The notes under the pieces: generated by a model | Databases searched by the model: none | Told to the model about the DNA's origin: nothing | The model's input: the letters and a program-made list of their open reading frames with translations, nothing else | In this document: piece by piece, positions 19,058 through 29,413 of the stretch | Numbering within the stretch: position 1 is the first letter of the stretch | How the letters are laid out: each line of letters starts with the position of its first letter | IMG/VR virus record: IMGVR_UViG_3300007171_000004 | Span: 192,001 to 256,000 of that record | Reading direction: 5' to 3' (one strand) | Length of the DNA stretch: 64,000 nucleotides | Source of the DNA: a virus | Taxonomy: Duplodnaviria > Caudoviricetes | Translations under genes and position numbers: made by a program

Positions 19058-20090
19058 TGGTTAAACTCTTTATATAAACTTTATCTGAAAGAGCTAAAGC
19101 TAATCTTGGGAATACAATATTTTCTTTAACGTTATTTCTCAAATCTATTATACTGTTCACTGTAGATAGATACATGTTGGTTATTTCTTCAGTATTGTTT
19201 TTGAAATTATTGTAAGCAATTTTAGCTCTGATTGGATTAGGAGCTGGTATATTGATATTCTTTATTTCTGCATATCCATTGTCGAAATATTTGTTAATGA
19301 AATCTTCTAATTTAATAAGTTTATCAATTTCTTGGATATTCAGATTTTTTTCTTTAATTTCAGCTATAGAGAAATAAAAATTTAATTGAGAAAGTAAGAT
19401 CATTAAAGTCGCTTGATGACCATGGCTTTTATTTAAATTATCTAAGCCTTGGAGAATTTTTTTAGAATCTTGTTGAAAGCAATCGTTTATAAAATCAAAT
19501 ATATTGTCATCGTTAGAAAAGTTGCAATCATTAAAGTCTTCTAAAGTAAGTGGTCTATCAAATGCAGATGTAAGTTTGTGAATTTCATTTGTAAGAAGAT
19601 ATAGATTATAAACAATAGCATCTTTCTTGACATTATTTTCCTTAATTTTAATTGTTTCTGTCGGGCAATTATTTAAAAGGAATTGAAAAGCTTCATTTGT
19701 CATTTGAATATTGCCAAGAAACTTTTTGAGATTATTCTGATCGTTCACTAAGATAGGTTGAATATTAACAATTCTTTTATATTTTTGGCAGTTTTTAGAA
19801 AAAGATGATCTCATATCTAAGGAATCATTTATAGCAAAAATTCCGATAATATTTGATATGTTTTCCACATTGTCATTAATAAGCTTTAGAATCTCAGCTT
19901 TGGGATTAATGATTTTGAATACTCTTTGATTTGAGAAAATATTGAATTGAAATAAGCTCTTGTGGATTGTATTTAAATCAGCATCATTATCAAAAAATAT
20001 CAGATCCTTGGAATTAACCAAAGATCTGAAATGCATGTTAGATAAGAAATCATCCCCTGTGTATACAAAAATATTATCCCACTTGTTCAT
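19044..20090 (-). CDS. holA: DNA polymerase III delta subunit-like (clamp loader)
   Basis: YTGDDF N-terminus, LTNEIHKL, NIFDFINDCF pattern; adjacent to dnaN; divergent. Confidence 0.65.
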   Translation of the reverse strand: MNKWDNIFVYTGDDFLSNMHFRSLVNSKDLIFFDNDADLNTIHKSLFQFNIFSNQRVFKIINPKAEILKLINDNVENISNIIGIFAINDSLDMRSSFSKNCQKYKRIVNIQPILVNDQNNLKKFLGNIQMTNEAFQFLLNNCPTETIKIKENNVKKDAIVYNLYLLTNEIHKLTSAFDRPLTLEDFNDCNFSNDDNIFDFINDCFQQDSKKILQGLDNLNKSHGHQATLMILLSQLNFYFSIAEIKEKNLNIQEIDKLIKLEDFINKYFDNGYAEIKNINIPAPNPIRAKIAYNNFKNNTEEITNMYLSTVNSIIDLRNNVKENIVFPRLALALSDKVYIKSLTNGQL

Positions 20091-21192
20091 TTGCTTTGAC
20101 CGGGAATATCATATGATTGATATCCTTATTATTACACAGTATACCATAGCTGTTCTCATTAATTTCTTTAAATTCAAATTCTAGTTTAAGATCCTGAAAT
20201 AAGTCAAAATATTTTAAAAAAGATCTATGGGATACAAGAGTCTCACATTGTCCATCTATTTCTTCACAGTCTAATGAATACTTCAAAATTCCAACACTAT
20301 CATCAGCTGCAGAAATATTGAGTTTTTCATCAAGCTGTAATTTAATATAAGAATCTTTAGCAATCAATGAAGAAAGTTTTAGTGCATTTTGTAATTCACT
20401 TGATAAGACTTTTACTTTAGCAATGGTTGGTTTTTCGATCCATACCTTTAGATCTGGAAAATTTTGAGAACCTTCCAGTAAAGAAGTATAGATTGTATTT
20501 CCCCAAGATATTTTAAAATGTTTCTTACATGGCCAAATCTTAATTTTACTATCTTGAATATTTAATGAAGATAAGAAATCAACAGCCTCTTTAGGTATGA
20601 GAAAAACATGGCTTTTATTGCAGTTTAAGCGACTTTCTTTTTGAACTATAGATATTCTTCCAAGATCACAAGATTCAGCTCTAATATGATTAAAATCAAC
20701 TGTAAACTTTAAAGCTGTCAAGGGAGCATTTTGCCATTCAGAACTTACAGAAAAATATGTATTCTTGATTAATCCCATGAATAAATTTGATTCTATTTCA
20801 AATTCATCATCTGTGGATAAAGGTTTAAATGAAGAAAAGTCATCACCTTTACCACAAGGAAATGCCATCTTTGTTTTCTTGTTTCCAGCAATTAATGCAT
20901 TATCATCTTGCTTATAGACACATTGAATCTTATCTTCAGGAAATTGATTAAAAAACTCTAAAAATAATGCAGCATTAATTGAAAACTGAAAATCATCTCC
21001 TTTATCTAAACTTTCATATGGCAGAATGATACTTTGTTCAGATATCTCGTTAATTGAAACGATACAAAGAATCTCATCTTTCTTGTAAATTAAAAATTCA
21101 GAATCTGCTTTGCCCTTTGATTTAGTATTACAAGTTTTCAAGGCTTGTTTTAAAATAGGCAAAGTGGAAGTTCTAGAAAATGTAATTTTCAA
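20074..21192 (-). CDS. dnaN: DNA polymerase III beta sliding clamp
   Basis: 372 aa; TLPIL, AESCDLGRIS, YTSLLEGSQNFPDL; typical three-domain beta-clamp length. Confidence 0.8.
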   Translation of the reverse strand: MKITFSRTSTLPILKQALKTCNTKSKGKADSEFLIYKKDEILCIVSINEISEQSIILPYESLDKGDDFQFSINAALFLEFFNQFPEDKIQCVYKQDDNALIAGNKKTKMAFPCGKGDDFSSFKPLSTDDEFEIESNLFMGLIKNTYFSVSSEWQNAPLTALKFTVDFNHIRAESCDLGRISIVQKESRLNCNKSHVFLIPKEAVDFLSSLNIQDSKIKIWPCKKHFKISWGNTIYTSLLEGSQNFPDLKVWIEKPTIAKVKVLSSELQNALKLSSLIAKDSYIKLQLDEKLNISAADDSVGILKYSLDCEEIDGQCETLVSHRSFLKYFDLFQDLKLEFEFKEINENSYGILCNNKDINHMIFPVKANEQVG

Positions 21193-22187
21193 TGAAGTTG
21201 CCCTTGGAATTCAATTTCGATGCCTGGATTGTATTTCATGATTTGACTCATTATGCAAAGCATAAACGAACCTTCATCATCAACAAAATGAAGTTTCCCA
21301 TCTTCATACCAATCCCAACCATTTTCAACTTGAGCTAAAACATCCATTTTATTCACAATGAGTTTAGTAACACCATTCATTTGACAAGCTTGATTTACTT
21401 CATCAAGATTCAACCAGTCTATTTGTCTTGGTCGTCCCGTAGTGGCTCCGTATTCTTGACCAATCTCACGCAACTTTTCAAATCTGTCGTCGTGTACTTG
21501 CTGGTAATCTTTGGCTCCAACATAGGTAGAATAACACTTGATAACCCCGACAACATTCCGTATTTGCTGATAATTGAAACCATTATTTAAAACTGCTCCT
21601 ACTCCTGTATTTGAAGATGTGACATATGGATAATCGCCAAAGTCAATATCTAGCCAATATCCTTGAGCACCTTCAGCTAAAAATTTTTTTGGAGACGAAT
21701 GAATAAGAGTATGCATATTCACAAGATAAGGTTGTAATTCAGGCACATCTTTGGCACGAATTCCTGTACGAGACACTTTATCCCGATAACAAGGACCATT
21801 TCCAGTACGTGTTGTTCCAATCTTAGTATCTTTGGAATCTTCTTCGATATGATCTCTAGTAATTATATGAGCGTTTTCAGCAATACGTAAGATCGATGTA
21901 TCAAAACCAAGATTTTCTAGATATTCGATTTCTTCGAATAACTTCTGGGTATTAATAACACATCCGTTGCCAATTACGCTAGGTATCCCATGAAGTATGC
22001 CACAAGGAACTAGGTGTGTAACAATTTTCTCTCCTTTGAGGTAAATTGTATGACCAGCATTTCCTCCACCGTTAAAACGAATCACATAATCATATTCGCC
22101 AGATGCAGCCATTTGATTAGCTATCTTGCCCTTACCCTCATCGCCATATTGCATTCCAATTACGACATCAACAACTGAAGTTTCCAT
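21189..22187 (-). CDS. purA: Adenylosuccinate synthetase (short form)
   Basis: GMQYGDEGKG, GGGNAGHT, EGAQGYWLDIDFGDYPYVTSS, EYGATTGRPR, NKMDVL; catalytic Asp retained. Confidence 0.95.
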   Translation of the reverse strand: METSVVDVVIGMQYGDEGKGKIANQMAASGEYDYVIRFNGGGNAGHTIYLKGEKIVTHLVPCGILHGIPSVIGNGCVINTQKLFEEIEYLENLGFDTSILRIAENAHIITRDHIEEDSKDTKIGTTRTGNGPCYRDKVSRTGIRAKDVPELQPYLVNMHTLIHSSPKKFLAEGAQGYWLDIDFGDYPYVTSSNTGVGAVLNNGFNYQQIRNVVGVIKCYSTYVGAKDYQQVHDDRFEKLREIGQEYGATTGRPRQIDWLNLDEVNQACQMNGVTKLIVNKMDVLAQVENGWDWYEDGKLHFVDDEGSFMLCIMSQIMKYNPGIEIEFQGQLH

Positions 22188-22221
22188 GTCTTATTATATC
22201 GGATTTTGCAATTAAATCAAG
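22188..22221 (-). promoter_or_regulatory. Sigma70-type promoter, probably leaderless, upstream of purA
   Basis: cTTGATTtaattgcaaaatccgaTATAATaagacATG; the -10 box ends 5 nt before the ATG and there is no SD. Confidence 0.65.
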
Positions 22222-22260
22222 ATTCAAATAGGCTGATTTCGATTTCTTTGTTATGTTCTT

Positions 22261-22992
22261 CTACTCGTTTTTCTTATCTTTACTTTGGATGTATTCTTCT
22301 ATTACTATGATTTCTTCTCTATATAATGAGCCTTCAAATTTGTGATTGGCATCTTTATAGACTGTGTATACATCTGTGGCTTTTTTTCTGATTCGAGTAA
22401 GAGCATTGTCTACACATTTTGCTGGAACATTTAGATTTTTTGAGATTTCTTTGTAAGTAGAATCGTATCCATATTCTTCAAAGATCTCAGTTTCTAATGG
22501 TGTAAGTTTTTTCTTTAAAATTTTTGATGCTTCTTCTAATTCTTCTTTAAGTAGAATGTCATCAATGATTTGAGTTTCTCTTGGTTCACCAAATGGATTA
22601 TCTCTATCTGGAATGAAATCTGCTAAAGTTTGTAAATTTCCATCATCTCCTAAAATAATTGGAGCATCTAATGAAATAGATTCGTTTAAAATTGTATTCT
22701 TCATTCGCTTTGCTGAAGAAATAGCTGTCGCAAGGTGTCTTTTACAAACTAAATTTACACAGAAATTTTTAAATGTTGTATCTTTAGTGCAGTCAAATGA
22801 ATTTATTGCTTTGAGAACTCCTAGTCTGAGTTCTTGTAAAACATCTTCTTTATCAGATCCCAATATAAAGAAGTGAAAAGTTAATTTCTTTAAATCTGGT
22901 TCAACCATTTTAAGAAGGGTGTCAAATGCTCTATTGTCACCCTTCTTAGCCTTTTCAACCAATCTTACTATTCTAACAGTTTCTGCTGCCAT
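22261..22992 (-). CDS. sigH: SigH-like RNA polymerase sigma factor
   Basis: DKEDVLQELRLGVLKAINSFD..K..TFKNF, SISLDAPI, LTPLE, YKEIS..L....KCVDNALTRIRKK. Likely start ATG 22992 with SD GGAGG. Confidence 0.9.
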   Translation of the reverse strand: MAAETVRIVRLVEKAKKGDNRAFDTLLKMVEPDLKKLTFHFFILGSDKEDVLQELRLGVLKAINSFDCTKDTTFKNFCVNLVCKRHLATAISSAKRMKNTILNESISLDAPIILGDDGNLQTLADFIPDRDNPFGEPRETQIIDDILLKEELEEASKILKKKLTPLETEIFEEYGYDSTYKEISKNLNVPAKCVDNALTRIRKKATDVYTVYKDANHKFEGSLYREEIIVIEEYIQSKDKKNE

Positions 22993-23023
22993 AATTTCCT
23001 CCACGGCAGCAATCAATTTTAAA

Positions 23024-24097
23024 TCATTTGTTACTTTGAGCAACAATCCCAATAGCTTTTAATACTGCTGTTTTAACAACAATATCTTCAGAAACGTTTT
23101 GCCGTATTTTTAATATTACATCCCAAAAATATTCATTTAGATTTAAAATTACATTTCCCTTTATCAATGCTCCTGAAAATTCATTAACATATTCATCAAC
23201 AAAATTATCATCTTTCAATAATTTAAATCGAAGAACATTCATCAAAATTTCTGACATATCTTGAAGAATTTGACCTAAATCTCTTCCCTCTAAATGGCAT
23301 GTTTCTACAATCCTAAATGATTTAGCTCTATCCATGTTTAGAATTGCATGAAGCAACTCTACTGATAGATGTTTTGGACTTTTGCCTAACAGTTCACGAA
23401 CATTATCATCTGTTGCGCCAATTGTAGAGACTTGTTCCAAAATAGCTAACGCAGTCCTTACACTTCCTTGTGATTCTTTGGCAATTAATTTTAAGCCTTC
23501 AGAATTTGAAGTTATTAATTCTTTTTTTACAATATTATCTAATATAGTTATAATATCTAACTCTGAAACCTTTTTAAGATGAAAATGTTGACATCTTGTT
23601 TTAATTGCTGGAAGAACTTTATTAGCATCTGTTGTGCAAAAAAAGAATTTTACATATGCTGGTGGTTCCTCTACAATCTTCAATAGTGAATTCTGTGCCT
23701 GAGGTGTTAGCATGTGACATTCATCAAAAATAAAGATCTTGTATTCTCCAATAGATGGCTGAATTCTAATCTTTTCGGCTACATTTTCACGAATATTGTC
23801 AATGCCATTATTAACAGCACAATTAATCTCAATCAAGTCTCGATGAGAGTCATTCATTATAAGTTTAGATGACTGAGAATTCAAATCAGGATTAGGGTCA
23901 TTTTCAGGACGATTTTCACAAAGCAAAGACATAGCAACAAGGCGAGCTAAAGTTGTCTTTCCAGTGCCAGGAGGACCAGAAAGGAGATACGCATGTGAAG
24001 TTTTATCGTGAACAATTTGTGCACTAAATATCTTAGTTGCAAAAGGTTGAATAACAGAATCAAAACTTACTGGTCTATATTTATTGTAAAGGCTCAT
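23024..24097 (-). CDS. dnaX: DNA polymerase III gamma/tau clamp-loader ATPase
   Basis: LYNKYRP..F, GPPGTGKTT, DLIEINCA, IFDECHML, LLKIVEEPP, IKTRCQ (SRC-like). Confidence 0.95.
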   Translation of the reverse strand: MSLYNKYRPVSFDSVIQPFATKIFSAQIVHDKTSHAYLLSGPPGTGKTTLARLVAMSLLCENRPENDPNPDLNSQSSKLIMNDSHRDLIEINCAVNNGIDNIRENVAEKIRIQPSIGEYKIFIFDECHMLTPQAQNSLLKIVEEPPAYVKFFFCTTDANKVLPAIKTRCQHFHLKKVSELDIITILDNIVKKELITSNSEGLKLIAKESQGSVRTALAILEQVSTIGATDDNVRELLGKSPKHLSVELLHAILNMDRAKSFRIVETCHLEGRDLGQILQDMSEILMNVLRFKLLKDDNFVDEYVNEFSGALIKGNVILNLNEYFWDVILKIRQNVSEDIVVKTAVLKAIGIVAQSNK

Positions 24098-24437
24098 CGA
24101 AACTCACTTTAAGTAAAAAATCTGGATCTTGATCCTCTGTCCAATCTAAATCTCTATCATAAAATTCAAATTGACAAATCCAAGGAACCAAAATGCCACC
24201 ACAAATTATATCACTAAAATCTTCTTGTTCAATACTATAAGTAATATTTTGTTCATCTAATTTTGCAACTACAATACTGATATCAGATTCTTCTTCGCAA
24301 TATATATAAGAATTATCATCTGAGCAATCTTGAAATGAATAGCTAGAAATTATCTTAGATATTTTGAGTTTTCTAAGTAACTTTCTGGGAACTTTCAAAT
24401 AAGAATTTTCTGAATCTGAATATAATTTAAGTTTCAA
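24081..24437 (-). CDS. Hypothetical protein
   Basis: 118-aa ORF coupled by overlaps; YLKVP...ISSYSFQ...YCEEESD resembles a small conserved phage family. Confidence 0.65.
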   Translation of the reverse strand: MKLKLYSDSENSYLKVPRKLLRKLKISKIISSYSFQDCSDDNSYIYCEEESDISIVVAKLDEQNITYSIEQEDFSDIICGGILVPWICQFEFYDRDLDWTEDQDPDFLLKVSFDEPLQ

Positions 24438-24919
24438 AAATCATACTCCTGAGGTAGTGGTATTTCGAGCGGATTTTTAGAATTAAGCAAGGAAGGAAGC
24501 ATATCATCAGTTTCCCATTTTGCACTTATTCCATTCTTGACAAAAAACTCAACAATAAACCCATAATCTTCTATATCAGGCTTTCTAAGTTTTCCATCAT
24601 TGTTTTGACCAATTGAATACAGACATCTAAATAGTTGCCACTCTTTCTGCGGATCATTTAGCTGCTTCCAATCATCAGACCAGACTGAAAAACAATAGTG
24701 CTTAGGGTCTCCACTTTTAGTAATCACAAGATCTCTTACCCAAGATTTATTTACTCCATCCATTGAACAGACTGGTGCAGATTTTGGCTTGACTCCATCA
24801 ATTTCACAAAAATGGATGTTATCAATATCAGCATGGCCAATATAAACATAATATCTCTCAATTAATTTTTCAGCTAATCTTTTGATATCTGGTGCGTCAT
24901 AAAATTCTACATTATTCAA
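24434..24919 (-). CDS. Putative phage metallopeptidase homologue lacking HExxH
   Basis: DIKRLAEKLI...HADIDNIHF...W..L..PQKEWQLFRCLYSI...KLRKPDIEDY matches the family layout, but FRCLYS replaces FHELxH. Confidence 0.55.
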   Translation of the reverse strand: MNNVEFYDAPDIKRLAEKLIERYYVYIGHADIDNIHFCEIDGVKPKSAPVCSMDGVNKSWVRDLVITKSGDPKHYCFSVWSDDWKQLNDPQKEWQLFRCLYSIGQNNDGKLRKPDIEDYGFIVEFFVKNGISAKWETDDMLPSLLNSKNPLEIPLPQEYDF

Positions 24920-24935
24920 TTTATTTTCTCCAAAA

Positions 24936-24963
24936 ATAAACCCGCCAGATTCGACGGGTTTAT
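24936..24963 (-). terminator. Intrinsic terminator
   Basis: 11-bp stem with one G-U pair on the minus strand, followed by Ts. Confidence 0.65.
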
Positions 24964-24966
24964 AAA

Positions 24967-25299
24967 CTAAATACTAAGTTGTGTTACAGCAACTACCTGA
25001 CCATTTTCATCTCGAATCGCAGAAGGTCCAGTATCTACACAAAATACATCTTCTCTTTGAAATGGAATATAATCCATACAAAGTCTACTTACAATATAAT
25101 AAGTTCCATCTTCAGGTTCTGGTAAGTTTACAAGCTTAATAAATTCTGTTTTTGCAATTGGAACACCAGCTAACTTACCAATAATCATTTGTTCGGTTTC
25201 TACACGACAAGGATTATCAGCTCTAGGTAATGTTGCATGACCTGAGATTGTAATATCATGTCCAATAAGATTTACAAACTTTTTAAATTCTGGATACAT
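24967..25299 (-). CDS. Conserved hypothetical phage protein
   Basis: FVNLIGHDITI...NLPEPEDGTYYIVS...IRDENGQVV pattern typical of a small phage family. Confidence 0.7.
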   Translation of the reverse strand: MYPEFKKFVNLIGHDITISGHATLPRADNPCRVETEQMIIGKLAGVPIAKTEFIKLVNLPEPEDGTYYIVSRLCMDYIPFQREDVFCVDTGPSAIRDENGQVVAVTQLSI

Positions 25300-25787
25300 T
25301 AAACTCCAGTACTCCCAAATCCACCTTCTCGATCTTCATTAGAACTAGATGTAAATTCTTCTACTACCTTAAACTCAATTTCAGGAAGTTTGCAGATTAC
25401 AAGTTGAGCAATTCTATCTCCGTGCTTAACTACAAAGCCATTCTTTGAATGATTGTGAAGAATTACCTTGACTTCGAAATTCTCTCCTGAACCAGAAAAA
25501 TCAGCATCAACTGTACCTGGAGAATTCAATACAACAACTGAGTTCTTTGCTGCTAATCCAGAGCGAGATCTAACTTGAACTTCATAGCCTTTAGGAATAT
25601 TAACATTCAAACCAGTTTTAATTAGTTTGGTGTCATTTGCAGTCACTAAAATCTGATTGTCATAAGAATCTAAACACCAAGCATGAACATCATATCCAGC
25701 TGCATTCGATGTTGACTTGACTGGATATATTACTCCGTCACGAAACGCCTTAATCTCTACTACTTCTTCACTCTTCATTTTTCTCAT
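25299..25787 (-). CDS. dut: dUTPase (trimeric)
   Basis: AAGYDV, RSRSGLAAK, NSPGTVDADF, GDRIAQL and REGGFGSTG motifs; SD GGAGGA before ATG 25787. Confidence 0.95.
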   Translation of the reverse strand: MRKMKSEEVVEIKAFRDGVIYPVKSTSNAAGYDVHAWCLDSYDNQILVTANDTKLIKTGLNVNIPKGYEVQVRSRSGLAAKNSVVVLNSPGTVDADFSGSGENFEVKVILHNHSKNGFVVKHGDRIAQLVICKLPEIEFKVVEEFTSSSNEDREGGFGSTGV

Positions 25788-26082
25788 ATAAATCCTCCGG
25801 GTTGAACTGACTTGCGCTAGTATCAATTACAAGTTTAACAGGCTTTTCTCTAGAGCGCAAGGCTGTAGCAAAATTATATAACTCTCGTCCTTGCAAATTA
25901 GATTTCATACCAGTAATCGCTCTAATATCATCTAAAGAAAGTATGCTGCTAAAAATCTTTTCAGTTTCTACATCCTGTAACATTAACCAAAGTGTCTTTA
26001 CTACAGAAGGTTCGTCCTCTGTTCCTTCGTCTTCTTTAATTGAAGCATCTATAATTTTTAACAATCTCTCTTGTTTAGCCAT
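25768..26082 (-). CDS. Hypothetical protein
   Basis: Likely start MAKQERLL at 26082. Confidence 0.65.
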   Translation of the reverse strand: MAKQERLLKIIDASIKEDEGTEDEPSVVKTLWLMLQDVETEKIFSSILSLDDIRAITGMKSNLQGRELYNFATALRSREKPVKLVIDTSASQFNPEDLYEKNEE

Positions 26083-26122
26083 ATGTATTAACCTGCCCTC
26101 AGAATATTTTACCATGAAAAGA

Positions 26123-26150
26123 AAAAAGAGGAGATTTCTCTCCTCTTTTT
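26123..26150 (-). terminator. Intrinsic terminator, 12-bp stem with GAAA loop
   Basis: AAAAAGAGGAGA-GAAA-TCTCCTCTTTTT followed by TCTTTT on the minus strand. Confidence 0.8.
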
Positions 26151-26928
26151 AATCTATGTTTATGCCATTATTTCTTAAAAAAATTATAAATTTTTCTTTA
26201 TCATATTTACAGTTTTTGCGAGCATTTTCATTCCTATCTAAGGGCTGTAAATTATCTAAGCTATTAATTAACCAAGCATTTTCTAAAGACAATAAACCAA
26301 AATCATCAAACGCTTTTACTGGAAAAATATGATCTATTGATAAATTATTATTTTTAGAAGCTTCTTCATAGTTTTTATGATTTACTATATGATTGTATAG
26401 CTCTTCAACTGTATATTTTTGTAAAATAACAATATTTTTTTCTCTACCTATTTGCAATCTATCAGTAAGTCTTTTTAAATTTGCTCTTAAAAATTTACCT
26501 ATTTTCTGTTTCTCTTTTAAAAGGTCTCTATCAGGATTTTTGGATCTGTTTTTATCTGCAGAAATGATATAACCACATTCCCTGCATCTGTGTCCTTTTA
26601 ACCAATGAGTTAAATAAATATTGCAATTATGTCCTTTAGGACATAGACATTTTAAAGCAGTTTTTACATTTATAAAAATATCATCTAATATTTGATATCC
26701 TTCTTGTTCAAGTATTTTTTTTACTTTTTCAAAGGTATAATTTTTTTCTTTGTAACAAATTCCACATCTTCTATTTCTTTTAAAACCATCATATGTTATT
26801 GAAGAATTATGATTGTTGGGGCAAATAAAGTCTACATAATGTTTATTATTTTTCTTATAAATATTTAGAACTGTGTAATTTTCTTTTGTAAAAATAGATA
26901 TTAAATTTTCTTCATTTAATCTAGACAT
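26149..26928 (-). CDS. Free-standing HNH homing endonuclease with two CPxxH zinc-ribbon repeats
   Basis: FICPNNH...CGIC and CLCPKGH...CREC repeats; C-terminal SIDHIFP...NSLDNLQPL...ENARKN; very AT-rich; directly after nrdA. Confidence 0.8.
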   Translation of the reverse strand: MSRLNEENLISIFTKENYTVLNIYKKNNKHYVDFICPNNHNSSITYDGFKRNRRCGICYKEKNYTFEKVKKILEQEGYQILDDIFINVKTALKCLCPKGHNCNIYLTHWLKGHRCRECGYIISADKNRSKNPDRDLLKEKQKIGKFLRANLKRLTDRLQIGREKNIVILQKYTVEELYNHIVNHKNYEEASKNNNLSIDHIFPVKAFDDFGLLSLENAWLINSLDNLQPLDRNENARKNCKYDKEKFIIFLRNNGINID

Positions 26929-26938
26929 AATTTAAAAT

Positions 26939-26970
26939 ACTTAAAGAGGGGATTTCTCCCCTCTTTAAGT
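26939..26970 (-). terminator. 14-bp hairpin with GAAA loop between the nrdA stop and the HNH start
   Basis: ACTTAAAGAGGGGA-GAAA-TCCCCTCTTTAAGT on the minus strand. Confidence 0.7.
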
Positions 26971-29411
26971 TAACTACCACATGAAAGGCAGTCTGGATTA
27001 TCTAATGAACAGACCTTGCCAGCAAACTCTTCTGGGTCAAATTCAACAATAGGTTCTTCCTGTTGAGGTTTTGGACTTGGGGTATTTTGAATTGAAGATA
27101 AATCAACACCAAGCCCCTTCAGAGCAGTAGTTTTTGACTTAGTTCTCAAGTAATACATCCCAGTTTTTAGACCTTGCTTCCATCCGTAAAAGTGTGCAGA
27201 AGAAAGCTTTGAATGTGAAGGTTCTGACATGAATAGATTGAACGATTGAGATTGATCGATAAAATATCCACGATCTCTTGACATATCAATTAATGTCTTG
27301 CCCTTCATCTCCCAAACAGTCTTATAAAGCTCCTTAATTTCTGTTGGAATTTCAGGAATATTTTGAACCGATCCACTCTCAGCAATCAATCTAAGGCGAA
27401 TATTATCATTCCAAAGTCCTAAATTATATAGATCATCAACAAGATGTTTATTAATAACAACATACTCACCACTTAAAGTATTTCTCTTGTAGATTAAAGC
27501 AGTGAATGGTTCGAATGCTTCATTGTTTCCAAGAATTTGAGCAGTAGAAGCAGTAGGCATTGGTGCTACTAACAAAGAGTTCCTGAGGCCATCTTGCTTA
27601 ATCTTTTCCTTGAGTTGTTGGAAATTCCATCTACCAGACAAATCTGATTCTGTAAGTCCCCAGAGATTGTACTGAAGAATTCCTTCTGATGCTGGTGACC
27701 CTTGAAATGAAGAGTAGGTTCCATGAATCTTGGCCAAATCATTAGAAGCTGTAAGGGCTGCAAAATAGATAGTTTCAAAAATATCCTTGTTGAGTTTTTG
27801 TGCTTCTTCTGATTCAAAAGGTAGACCCATCATGACGAAGGTATCTGCCAACCCTTGAACACCTAATCCAATAGGTCGATGACGATTATTAGATGTTGAA
27901 GTTTCTGTAGTAGGGTAATAATTGATATCAATTACTCTGTTGAGGTTGACTGTTGCTTGATATGTAACATCATAAAGCTTTTGAAAATCATACTTACGAA
28001 GCTTCTTATCCTTCTCACGTACCTTACCTGATGGAATTGATACAAATTTAGGAAGAGCAATAGATGCTAGATTACATACAGCAGTCTCTTCTTTACTGCT
28101 TTTTTCAATGATTTCACAGCATAAATTGCTACTATAAATTGTGCCCAGATTCTTTTGATTGCTCTTATAATTACATGCATCCTTATAGAGCATGTATGGG
28201 GTTCCAGTCTCAACTTGTGAATCAAGAATCTTTTCCCACAATTCACGAGCCTTAACTGTTTTAGTAGCTTGTCCTTCAGCTTCATACTTTTCATATAATT
28301 CTGTAAACGCCTTATGATCAGGAGTGTCATATGCATCTACAAGACCTGGAACTTCATTAGGTGAAAAAAGTGACCAAACGCCATCTTCTTCAACACGCTT
28401 CATGAACAAATCTGGAATCCACAGAGCAAGGAATAAATCTCTTGCACGGAGCTCTTCTTTACCATTGTTCTTGCGAAGGTCAAGGAAATCAAAAATATCA
28501 CCATGCCAAGGCTCAAGATACACAGCAATAGAACCTTTTCTACGTCCTCCACCCTGATCAACATATCTTGCAGTCTCGTTGAATACCTTGAGCATAGGAA
28601 TAATTCCATTGGAAGTTCCATTAGTGCCCTTGATGTAGCTACCCTTGGCACGAACCTTATGGATATTCAATCCGATACCGCCAGCATTTTGAGAGATATG
28701 AGCACAATCGGAAAGAGTCTTGTAAATACCCTCAATAGAATCTTCAATATCGAGCAAGAAGCATGAGGATAATTGTGGCTTGTTTGTACCAGCATTGAAG
28801 AGAGTTGGAGTAGCATGTGTGAATAATCCTTGAGACATCATTTCATATGTCTTCTGAACCATCTCAATATTGTCACCCCAAATTCCAACACTAACTCTCA
28901 TGTACATTTGTTGAGGAGTTTCTGCCGGTAAACCATTGATTTTAAGGAGATATGCTCGTTCAAGAGTCTTATATCCAAAATAATCAATATTAAAATCTCT
29001 ATCATGAACAATCATAGCATTCAGTTCTGTTGAATTGTTTTTAATTGTTTCATATACAGAATCAGAAATCATACCGGAAGGCTCACCAGTACGAGGATTG
29101 ATATAACTATAAAGACTATCGATTACAGTTGAAAAATCCTTAGGTACTCTCTTGTATAGTGCAGTGATTCCAAGTCTAGCTGCAAGAGTTGAATAATCTG
29201 GATGTACTGGAATTAGTGCTGCAGCAGTTTCTGCTGAAAGCTTATCTAATTCTTCAGATGTTACTCCATCATAAATTCCAGAAATAACCTTACGAGCTAC
29301 TTCATCTGAATCCACAAGTTCACTTAGTCCATAAGTTTGCTTCTTAATTCTTGAAGAAATCTTGTCAAATCTTACTGGCTCTTTACTGCCATCTCTTTTA
29401 ATTACATCCAT
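26970..29411 (-). CDS. nrdA: Class Ia ribonucleotide reductase alpha subunit with ATP cone
   Basis: VIKRDG ATP cone, [34 protein letters not shown]-terminal [13 protein letters not shown]. Confidence 0.97.
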   Translation of the reverse strand: MDVIKRDGSKEPVRFDKISSRIKKQTYGLSELVDSDEVARKVISGIYDGVTSEELDKLSAETAAALIPVHPDYSTLAARLGITALYKRVPKDFSTVIDSLYSYINPRTGEPSGMISDSVYETIKNNSTELNAMIVHDRDFNIDYFGYKTLERAYLLKINGLPAETPQQMYMRVSVGIWGDNIEMVQKTYEMMSQGLFTHATPTLFNAGTNKPQLSSCFLLDIEDSIEGIYKTLSDCAHISQNAGGIGLNIHKVRAKGSYIKGTNGTSNGIIPMLKVFNETARYVDQGGGRRKGSIAVYLEPWHGDIFDFLDLRKNNGKEELRARDLFLALWIPDLFMKRVEEDGVWSLFSPNEVPGLVDAYDTPDHKAFTELYEKYEAEGQATKTVKARELWEKILDSQVETGTPYMLYKDACNYKSNQKNLGTIYSSNLCCEIIEKSSKEETAVCNLASIALPKFVSIPSGKVREKDKKLRKYDFQKLYDVTYQATVNLNRVIDINYYPTTETSTSNNRHRPIGLGVQGLADTFVMMGLPFESEEAQKLNKDIFETIYFAALTASNDLAKIHGTYSSFQGSPASEGILQYNLWGLTESDLSGRWNFQQLKEKIKQDGLRNSLLVAPMPTASTAQILGNNEAFEPFTALIYKRNTLSGEYVVINKHLVDDLYNLGLWNDNIRLRLIAESGSVQNIPEIPTEIKELYKTVWEMKGKTLIDMSRDRGYFIDQSQSFNLFMSEPSHSKLSSAHFYGWKQGLKTGMYYLRTKSKTTALKGLGVDLSSIQNTPSPKPQQEEPIVEFDPEEFAGKVCSLDNPDCLSCGS

Positions 29412-29413
29412 AT

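Noticed and set aside
21189-22187. PurZ (2-aminoadenine, Z-genome) instead of PurA
   Set aside because: The motif is GDEGKG with the catalytic Asp of PurA, whereas PurZ has Ser there (GSxGKG). No DatZ or MazZ-like gene was recognised in the window.
26149-26928. HNH gene as part of a group I intron in nrdA
   Set aside because: nrdA is complete with its C-terminal Cys pair, and the HNH gene lies entirely after its stop codon.
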